A model generated the notes under the pieces. That model was given only the letters and a program-made list of their open reading frames with translations. It made no database searches and was not told the DNA's origin. The position numbers and the translations under genes were made by a program. DNA of 32,959 nt, from the IMG/VR virus record IMGVR_UViG_2554235419_000004. One strand, written 5' to 3'. This document shows positions 26,579 to 32,959 of this stretch, piece after piece (the stretch's first letter is position 1; each line of letters opens with the position of its first letter). This stretch comes from a virus. Lineage: Duplodnaviria > Heunggongvirae > Uroviricota > Caudoviricetes.

Positions 26579-28897
26579 TCAAATGGGTAACGAGAACCCC
26601 GGCCACTCATCAGCAACCGGATACGTGAATTTTTTCCCGTCATAATTTACGGTCGCGCCACGCGCCAGCGCCTCAAGCTCCCATCGTTGCGGCCTGATAC
26701 CGTTCTGAGCGAGGTCAACGCGGATACGGGTAATTTGCAATCGTTCAGACCTGGTCAGTCTGGCAGATGGTGCAATTTCATGCGGTTTTAACGGGATTCC
26801 GTTTCTTTGCTGACGATTTGGTGTTCTCAGTCCGTGTTTTAATGCGCCCCTGAGCACCATCACGACCTCCGGGTCACTCCATTCGATAACACCGTCATCT
26901 ACCAGATTAAGCACTGCTGCGGCGTGCTCAGAAGGTGTGGGAGCCGGTAACGAAGTATCACCACCGGTGAGCTTTCCACAGTTATTGACAGGACTCCGAG
27001 GCGCGGCGATGCCGCTTTTTAAAGTCAAAGGCTCGACGACCGGAACTTTCGGCACAATGCGCCAGTTCGTCGTTCTGGTGATATGAATATGACGCGCGCC
27101 GAGATGCGGCGCGTAAATGCCGACCACTCTCTCGACCTCTTCCTCGTACTCGTTAACGTCATCCGACGGGCTACGGGCGACCCTGACAGTCTGACAATCG
27201 CGCGGGACATTTGCCCCACCCTGCGCGCTGATATACAACGCAAAATCACCACTGTCTGCGGCGGCGCGTGCAGCCTCGACGCGCTCGTCAAACTCATCAG
27301 CAATGCTGACGCCGCGAGGCAATTTGCGTAGTTCACGGTAAGCCCCCATTGTCGGCAGGCCAACCGTTTTAAATTGCGGGATGCGCCACGTTGACGCCCA
27401 TGCGGTAACAGCCGCTGCAGTGTCTTTCAGCGGCCTGCCGGTGTCGTTATCGAGCTGACCATCCAGTGCATAGCCGTCGATGTTTTTTGAAATGTATTTC
27501 GCGATATATCCCGCAGCACCGCCCCGGTTAAGGTGTTTTGCCTGAAAACGGTTTCGCGCGGCTCCTCTTTCATCGCCATCCTCTTTGAGCGCATAGCGAC
27601 GCATGATTTCGATAATCTGGTTACGCTGGCGTGGATTACAAAAAAGCATCATATGCCAGTGCGGCGTTCCGTCGTGGTGTGGCTCGACGACACGCAAACC
27701 GTAGACCTGTAAATCATTATCCTTGAATGCCGTGCGCATCAGGCTCCAGATACGGCAGAGATAACGCTGCGCATCCTTTGGATTAAATGCCTCATCGTTC
27801 CAGCCGTGATTAAGCTGCACGGTTTTACTTTCGCCTTTTCCTACCTGACGTGTCGGATGATACTTTGACGGCGCGGTCAGCGTGATAAACATCCCCACAT
27901 CACCCTCTGCAGCGGCGTAACGCTCAATACCGGCAATGGTGTTCATCAGCTCCATCCGGCGAATTTCAGGATTAGAAATACTGCCCATCACCTTACTGAT
28001 AAGGTCGATGCGCTCGCCGGTTTCCCTATTTTCAAGGTCACACGATTTAAGAAATTCCAGATTTGCCTGGCGGCGCGCACGCACATCACGAATGGCGTGT
28101 TTACTGGCATAAGGAGAACGGTCTTTATTGACCTCCCCGACAGCTATCAGTAACGCTTCATGCCAGCGCATACGCTGGCCTTTAAGCTGATGAGTCCACC
28201 ACTCATCGTTAAACAGACGGGCAATGGCAGAATATGCCTGCCTCGTGGTCATCTGTCCTTTACGGTATTTTTTCCAGTAAAGCGGGGAAATATTGAAAGC
28301 ACGTGCAGCGCCAGCAACATGACCATACAGATGCGCCTGCGCCTCATCCGTAAACAGCGATTCTTTTTCGCCATGCGCATCCACCCAGGCATCGCAGAGT
28401 TCCTCATACATCATGAAAAGCTGCGATGAGATACGGGCGGCAAACTTTTTCAGCTCCTTGTCATTCATCCCCGGCAGACGCGCATACTGGTCACGCTCTG
28501 CCAGAAACAGCAACGACGCGTCGGTGTTCATTTCATGGCGCTGATTCACACGCTCAATGCGCGGCCATAAACGACGCTGAAAAGTGGATGTGAGGAAATA
28601 AAACCCGTGTACCGGGCTTTTATTGCGCCGGATGTAGTCATAGCGTGAAGTAAACAGCGAGCGCAAAAAGTAAGGCAGGCGGTTAATCGTGGATAAAACA
28701 CCTTGCACCTGACGCATCTCGTCACGTGTAAGGGGTCTTTCGCGCCCGACAGCCTCGCGTGGCGCGTTCCATGCATAAGCACCGGTAAACGCCTTACCGG
28801 TGCCTGCGGCAAATGCTGACGGAGGGACAAAACGCCCGGAGGCTTTAACGGCCATATGAGCCAAAAGCCTCTGAACAACGCTTGCTGAGTTGCTCAA
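26579..28897 (-). CDS. A: Replication initiation protein gpA (rolling-circle nickase), 772 aa
   Basis: 772-aa ORF at the end of the early operon; size and position as P2 gpA (761 aa as recalled). Confidence 0.85.
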   Translation of the reverse strand: MSNSASVVQRLLAHMAVKASGRFVPPSAFAAGTGKAFTGAYAWNAPREAVGRERPLTRDEMRQVQGVLSTINRLPYFLRSLFTSRYDYIRRNKSPVHGFYFLTSTFQRRLWPRIERVNQRHEMNTDASLLFLAERDQYARLPGMNDKELKKFAARISSQLFMMYEELCDAWVDAHGEKESLFTDEAQAHLYGHVAGAARAFNISPLYWKKYRKGQMTTRQAYSAIARLFNDEWWTHQLKGQRMRWHEALLIAVGEVNKDRSPYASKHAIRDVRARRQANLEFLKSCDLENRETGERIDLISKVMGSISNPEIRRMELMNTIAGIERYAAAEGDVGMFITLTAPSKYHPTRQVGKGESKTVQLNHGWNDEAFNPKDAQRYLCRIWSLMRTAFKDNDLQVYGLRVVEPHHDGTPHWHMMLFCNPRQRNQIIEIMRRYALKEDGDERGAARNRFQAKHLNRGGAAGYIAKYISKNIDGYALDGQLDNDTGRPLKDTAAAVTAWASTWRIPQFKTVGLPTMGAYRELRKLPRGVSIADEFDERVEAARAAADSGDFALYISAQGGANVPRDCQTVRVARSPSDDVNEYEEEVERVVGIYAPHLGARHIHITRTTNWRIVPKVPVVEPLTLKSGIAAPRSPVNNCGKLTGGDTSLPAPTPSEHAAAVLNLVDDGVIEWSDPEVVMVLRGALKHGLRTPNRQQRNGIPLKPHEIAPSARLTRSERLQITRIRVDLAQNGIRPQRWELEALARGATVNYDGKKFTYPVADEWPGFSLPI

Positions 28898-29120
28898 CCT
28901 GCGCGTTTAAATCAGCAAAAGACTTTGCGCTTCCGGTCAGAATATCGTGATGCATCAGGCCGGAAACGAGCTGGCTTAATTTCGGGTAATAACCAACCAC
29001 CGCCAGCCATTCCTGACCGGCGTTTTTACCGCTTTCCGCTCTCTTTTTCTCGTGGAGAATAAACTGAAAGCTGTCACTGGTAACGACATAACGTTCGCCA
29101 ATTTCAATACGAATACTCAT
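28845..29120 (-). CDS. P2 orf83-like hypothetical protein, 91 aa
   Basis: Synteny immediately upstream of A; overlapping starts and stops with its neighbours. Confidence 0.55.
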   Translation of the reverse strand: MSIRIEIGERYVVTSDSFQFILHEKKRAESGKNAGQEWLAVVGYYPKLSQLVSGLMHHDILTGSAKSFADLNAQVEQLSKRCSEAFGSYGR

Positions 29121-29341
29121 GCCGTTCTCCGGTAATGTTTGTTTTTTGCTTCAAAGACTGACTGACAGGAAACACAACGCGTGGCTGACGGATAAGCCGC
29201 ACGACGGGCAGCAGGTATTGGTGCGTCACACTCTTCGCAAACCAGCGCAGAAACACCGCAATGTTTTACCCTTGCCGCGTTAATCTGACGCTCCAGTAAT
29301 TCAGCCTGTTGTTCCTGAATAAAATCTACGTTGTCCGGCAT
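29117..29341 (-). CDS. TraR/DksA-family C4 zinc-finger protein (P2 orf82-like), 74 aa
   Basis: C-x2-C ... C-x2-C pattern (VCEECDAPIP...RCVSCQ); position in the early operon. Confidence 0.65.
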   Translation of the reverse strand: MPDNVDFIQEQQAELLERQINAARVKHCGVSALVCEECDAPIPAARRAAYPSATRCVSCQSVFEAKNKHYRRTA

Positions 29342-29343
29342 TA

Positions 29344-29643
29344 TCAGCTCCTTTTATCGTTAAGTTTCCTGGATACATCAGCGCAATAACTGGCAAGTTC
29401 TGTCGTTAATTTTGTCAGTTCATCCACTGAGGAAATTTGCTTGTGGAATACAGCGCGTTTAACAAGTAAATTGACCACATCAGACAGGAGGTTTAATTCA
29501 TTCTGATAAATCGCGATTACAGATTCAGTTATGTCGCGTTTTTCTTTATCAAGACAAAGTTGAATAAGAGACAAATCGCCATTTTCCATAACGGCGATTT
29601 TTAAGGCGTTATTCAGTAATACAACTGAATAAGAACAGGACAT
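29344..29643 (-). CDS. P2 orf81-like hypothetical protein, about 99 aa
   Basis: ORF in the early operon; probable ATG at 29643 directly after TTG. Confidence 0.55.
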   Translation of the reverse strand: MSCSYSVVLLNNALKIAVMENGDLSLIQLCLDKEKRDITESVIAIYQNELNLLSDVVNLLVKRAVFHKQISSVDELTKLTTELASYCADVSRKLNDKRS

Positions 29644-29756
29644 CAAAGCACCTCCCCGCGAGACAATCCGATATTGTGAAATTTTTCCGACTCCTGACTG
29701 AGCAGCTCGACTATCTCCACGCGGGATAACTCCGCCTTTGTGATGTGGCGAATCAT
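29643..29756 (-). CDS. Small ORF (37 aa), possible P2 orf80 equivalent
   Basis: Manual translation [37 protein letters not shown]; stop overlaps the next start (TGATG); no strong Shine-Dalgarno. Confidence 0.3.
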   Translation of the reverse strand: MIRHITKAELSRVEIVELLSQESEKFHNIGLSRGEVL

Positions 29757-29873
29757 GGCGTCAAGATGAGAAGAAAAGCGCGTTGCAGCGTCGGCCTGTG
29801 CTTCGGTTCTGGCCTGTTGCAGCAGTAATGCGTATTTACCGCATTAAGTACGTTAAAAACTCTGGTTAATTAT

Positions 29874-30374
29874 TTAATGCAGATATTGCTCTGGTTTTAC
29901 CGACGTCAGAATTGTCGGTGCATACTCAAACAGGCTGAATAATTCACGTAATGCACGGAATAAAGCATCACGCCAGTAACATGATTCTTCATTAATTCGC
30001 CAGTATGGCTGGTTGAATTCTTTTTCAGTCAATCCGGCATGCATAAATAAAGTACGACGCTGACTGACTGTTAAAAAACTAATATATGCATACTCACTTG
30101 CGCCAACCCGACGGCGTTTTGAGAATGCCCCACGCAATTCATCAATTGCACAAACCAGCCGTTCACGTTCGACGTCGTTCATTTCTTCAAAACGCATCGT
30201 TGCGTGACGCTGTTTTAACTGCGCATGGAAGCAAACCGTTAGCCGTTCGCGTTCCATCATCTGATTATAATAATCGCATGTCTCCTGCCAGCGAGGGACG
30301 GCCAGATGCTTACCAATTATCCGGCGCATAGCTGCAGGCTGTTTTTCAACGAGATTGAGCGTCATCACTGTCAT
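29874..30374 (-). CDS. B: Replication protein gpB (helicase-loader-like), 166 aa
   Basis: 166-aa ORF; length and position as P2 gpB. Confidence 0.8.
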   Translation of the reverse strand: MTVMTLNLVEKQPAAMRRIIGKHLAVPRWQETCDYYNQMMERERLTVCFHAQLKQRHATMRFEEMNDVERERLVCAIDELRGAFSKRRRVGASEYAYISFLTVSQRRTLFMHAGLTEKEFNQPYWRINEESCYWRDALFRALRELFSLFEYAPTILTSVKPEQYLH

Positions 30375-30565
30375 TTCCAGACCCTCCGGCTTTTCAGAAA
30401 GGTCAGAGCCTTTTTTAACGGACTCTGTTTTTTGGTGCGGATAATGATTCCCTTACGCCCCTTACCGTGGGTGATGGTGAAGTCAATCGCCCTGGGGCTT
30501 TCGTTACGCAATAACTGAGCAATACAACGAGGCTCATTCATACGGTTCTCCTTAACGAGGTTCAC
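30371..30565 (-). CDS. P2 orf78-like small basic protein, 64 aa
   Basis: Between cox and B; start/stop overlaps with both neighbours. Confidence 0.5.
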   Translation of the reverse strand: MNLVKENRMNEPRCIAQLLRNESPRAIDFTITHGKGRKGIIIRTKKQSPLKKALTFLKSRRVWK

Positions 30566-30827
30566 CGAGACCTAACCACATCAACCAGCCGTCACGAATC
30601 TCTTTAGGACGGCTTTCATAAGCCAGTTTTAGTCCGTTATTCCATGCCGGAAGGTATACCCAATATTCACCAGCACGCCCCGATACTGACTGAGGGTCAG
30701 TAATCTCAATAACTGGTAATTTCCCTTTCTCAATCATGCCCCTTACAGCTCTTGGAGTTTTACCAATGAGTTTTGCAAACTCCTGATAAGGCACGGCATC
30801 AGTCACGCTTACAAGCTGTCTATTCAT
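30552..30827 (-). CDS. cox: Cox (excisionase and repressor of the lysogenic promoter), 91 aa
   Basis: 91 aa; ...YQEFAKLIGKTPRAVRGMIEKGKLPVIEI...GRAGEYWVYLPAWNNGLKLAYE...; divergent from C. Confidence 0.8.
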   Translation of the reverse strand: MNRQLVSVTDAVPYQEFAKLIGKTPRAVRGMIEKGKLPVIEITDPQSVSGRAGEYWVYLPAWNNGLKLAYESRPKEIRDGWLMWLGLGEPR

Positions 30828-30852
30828 CTGCTACGATTCTCCCTTAGTGCTT

Positions 30853-30871
30853 CTAATGGCTCCTAATGGCT
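30853..30871. promoter_or_regulatory. Candidate C-repressor operator: two direct 9-bp repeats ctaatggct spaced 10 bp, in the cox/C switch region
   Basis: tctaatggctcctaatggct in the 121-bp divergent intergenic region; P2 C is known to bind direct repeats over the early promoter. Confidence 0.45.
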
Positions 30872-30948
30872 AATTATTGCCTAAAAGGATAACTCCAGAA
30901 GTACAACGCTTCACACCATCAGCAAGAAATTACGCAATCGGAGTAATT

Positions 30949-31248
30949 ATGTCAATAGACGTTTCGGAGAAGTTGAAGCTAATCCGTGAATCTGAAAGGT
31001 TAAACCGTAAAGAATTCAGTGAATTAACTGGTGTAGCCTACAGCTCACTTTCGAGCTATGAGAGCCGGTCAAAAAACGCTGGAGTTGAAGCCATAATGAA
31101 GGTCTTACAACATCCTAGATTTACTAAATATACTTTGTGGTTCATGACTGATCAGGTAGCTCCAGAAGCCGGGCAAATTGCGCCCGCTCTCGCACACTTT
31201 GGGCAAAACGAAACAACGTCGCCCCACTCCGGTCAAAAGACTGGTTAA
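30949..31248 (+). CDS. C: Immunity repressor C, 99 aa
   Basis: MSIDVSEKLKLIRESERLNRKEFSELTGVAYSSLSSYE...: HTH; GGAG Shine-Dalgarno; upstream of int on the same strand; 99 aa as P2 C. Confidence 0.8.
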   Translation: MSIDVSEKLKLIRESERLNRKEFSELTGVAYSSLSSYESRSKNAGVEAIMKVLQHPRFTKYTLWFMTDQVAPEAGQIAPALAHFGQNETTSPHSGQKTG

Positions 31249-31363
31249 CAATTTATCGTGAATATATTCATCACAAGTGCCTACTATTGGTGGCTAAATT
31301 TCAGCCACCACGAAAAAAGCGATTAGTAGTAGCAAAAAAAAGTACCACTCGGAGGGTTTTCTG

Positions 31364-32377
31364 ATGGCAATCAAAAAACTCGATGATGGTCGATATGAAG
31401 TGGACATCCGCCCTACTGGACGTAACGGAAAACGCATCCGTAGGAAGTTTGATAAGAAAAGCGAAGCTGTCGCTTTCGAAAAATACACGTTGTACAACCA
31501 CCACAATAAAGAATGGCTATCAAAACCAACAGACAAACGACGTCTGTCGGAACTGACACAGATCTGGTGGGATTTAAAGGGTAAACACGAAGAGCATGGG
31601 AAATCTAATCTTGGAAAAATTGAAATCTTCACAAAAATAACGAATGACCCATGCGCATTTCAAATCACGAAATCCCTTATCAGCCAGTACTGCGCCACCC
31701 GAAGAAGTCAGGGTATTAAACCTTCGAGTATCAATCGTGATTTAACATGTATTAGCGGCATGTTTACAGCCCTGATTGAAGCGGAGTTATTCTTTGGTGA
31801 GCACCCTATCAGAGGGACAAAGAGGCTTAAGGAGGAAAAACCAGAAACAGGCTATCTCACACAGGAAGAAATTGCCTTACTGCTTGCAGCACTTGACGGC
31901 GACAATAAAAAGATTGCGATTCTTTGCCTGAGTACAGGAGCACGTTGGGGAGAAGCAGCTCGTTTGAAAGCAGAAAATATCATCCATAACCGCGTCACGT
32001 TTGTTAAAACGAAAACAAACAAACCACGCACCGTCCCGATCTCAGAGGCTGTTGCCAAAATGATCGCGGATAACAAACGAGGTTTTTTATTCCCTGATGC
32101 TGATTACCCTCGCTTCAGACGAACAATGAAAGCAATAAAACCAGATTTGCCAATGGGGCAAGCCACACATGCACTAAGGCACAGCTTTGCCACTCATTTC
32201 ATGATTAATGGAGGAAGTATTATCACGCTACAACGGATACTAGGTCACACGCGGATTGAGCAAACTATGGTTTACGCTCATTTTGCGCCAGAGTACCTTC
32301 AGGACGCCATTTCTCTTAATCCGCTAAGAGGTGGTACTGAGGCCGAGAGTGTCCACACAGTGTCCACAGTAGAGTAA
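31364..32377 (+). CDS. int: Tyrosine integrase, 337 aa
   Basis: C-terminal catalytic residues ...ATHALRHSFATHFM...LGHTRIEQTMVYAHF (R, H-x-x-R, Y); adjacent to attR. Confidence 0.9.
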   Translation: MAIKKLDDGRYEVDIRPTGRNGKRIRRKFDKKSEAVAFEKYTLYNHHNKEWLSKPTDKRRLSELTQIWWDLKGKHEEHGKSNLGKIEIFTKITNDPCAFQITKSLISQYCATRRSQGIKPSSINRDLTCISGMFTALIEAELFFGEHPIRGTKRLKEEKPETGYLTQEEIALLLAALDGDNKKIAILCLSTGARWGEAARLKAENIIHNRVTFVKTKTNKPRTVPISEAVAKMIADNKRGFLFPDADYPRFRRTMKAIKPDLPMGQATHALRHSFATHFMINGGSIITLQRILGHTRIEQTMVYAHFAPEYLQDAISLNPLRGGTEAESVHTVSTVE

Positions 32378-32456
32378 CGTTTAAGGGCTTTCAGTGGTAA
32401 TTTATGCCGCTCAAACCCGCATTGTACCGTTGAAAGCCCCTACAGGTGACACCCTA

Positions 32457-32484
32457 AATCTCCCTTACACGGGCTTATTTTTTA
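32457..32484. repeat. attR core (aatctcccttacacgggcttatttttta)
   Basis: Exact 28-bp direct repeat of 1507-1534, about 80 bp after the int stop. Confidence 0.85.
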
Positions 32485-32641
32485 TGCATAAGCCCTATCC
32501 CTGGTCACCGTCTTCCATTGACCACATCGATAGAATCTCCCTTCATAGCACGATGCCTTTCACGTAACGGCATCGTGCTCGCACAGGTTCCGGCTAAGCA
32601 CAACCAGAACGCGCATGTTTGACGCTTACCAAAAAATATTC

Positions 32642-32959
32642 TCACTCTCCACATTTGAATGTCAGACGAGCGACGCCATGTAATCCTGCACCTTCTGTCT
32701 TCAGGTCAACTATCTGCATTTTTTTGCCCTGAGTAACACAGAAATGGGCTGCATCATTTTTTACTATATTTTCTGCACCAGATATTCTGCCCCTGGCTAA
32801 AGAAGCTTCGGCTTCGGTGTAGTATTGGTTATCGAGTTTACGCTGAATATTACTTTTATATGCAAGACCAAATTTACCGATACTTGTCTCATCATTATGC
32901 ACAGCACAACCAGACACAATAAAAATACTAATTAATGATATAGCAGCTATCTTTTTCAT
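32642..32959 (-). CDS. yegR: Putative lipoprotein YegR (host gene), 105 aa
   Basis: MKKIAAISLISIFIVSGCAVHN...: lipobox VSGC; 105 aa, as E. coli YegR; start codon at the window edge. Confidence 0.7.
   Translation of the reverse strand: MKKIAAISLISIFIVSGCAVHNDETSIGKFGLAYKSNIQRKLDNQYYTEAEASLARGRISGAENIVKNDAAHFCVTQGKKMQIVDLKTEGAGLHGVARLTFKCGE

Larger units (their letters stand above)
1507..32484. mobile_element. P2-like prophage, apparently intact (about 31 kb), bounded by att core direct repeats
   Basis: Complete collinear set of P2-type genes (int, C, cox, B, A, Q, P, O, N, M, L, X, Y, K, lysABC, R, S, V, W, J, I, H, tail fibre assembly, FI, FII, E/E', T, U, D, ogr), a cos sequence, and 28-bp direct repeats at both ends. 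Confidence 0.9.

Noticed and set aside
32545-32577. Perfect 11-bp inverted repeat agcacgatgcc / ggcatcgtgct in the host flank
   Set aside because: A hairpin can form, but there is no adjacent T-run on either strand and no clear gene context; possibly a yegR-associated element, but not enough evidence to call a terminator.
1-32959. CRISPR array, tRNA or rRNA genes
   Set aside because: No series of short direct repeats with regular spacers and no tRNA-like cloverleaf candidates were seen; although the att core lies in an RNA gene, that gene is the sRNA cyaR, not a tRNA.

Overview
The window holds an essentially complete P2-like temperate prophage of about 31 kb, integrated at the 3' end of the host sRNA gene cyaR, between host genes yegQ (left) and yegR (right). 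Imperfect-free 28-bp att core direct repeats at 1507-1534 and 32457-32484 delimit it. Gene order is collinear with P2 as I recall it: ogr-D-U-T-E/E'-FII-FI, then a Hin/Gin-family DNA invertase with an invertible tail-fibre cassette, then H-I-J-W-V-S-R-lysC/B/A-K-Y-X-L-M-N-O on the minus strand, P-Q on the plus strand, an AT-rich accessory region, then A-orf83-orf82-orf81-orf80-B-orf78-cox (minus) and C-int (plus). The most interesting content is an AT-rich two-gene operon (a 477-aa ABC/AAA15-like ATPase translationally coupled to a 190-aa protein with no motif I can name) lying between portal gene Q and the cos site, on the opposite side of cos from the classical old/tin locus; I read it as a candidate uncharacterised anti-phage defence system. 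The old/tin position between cos and gene A instead holds about 0.9 kb of AT-rich DNA with a long hairpin, a 37-aa hydrophobic peptide ORF, a bidirectional terminator and flanking 15-bp direct repeats. All homology statements rest on recalled protein sequences and lengths and on motifs read by eye; no database search was run.
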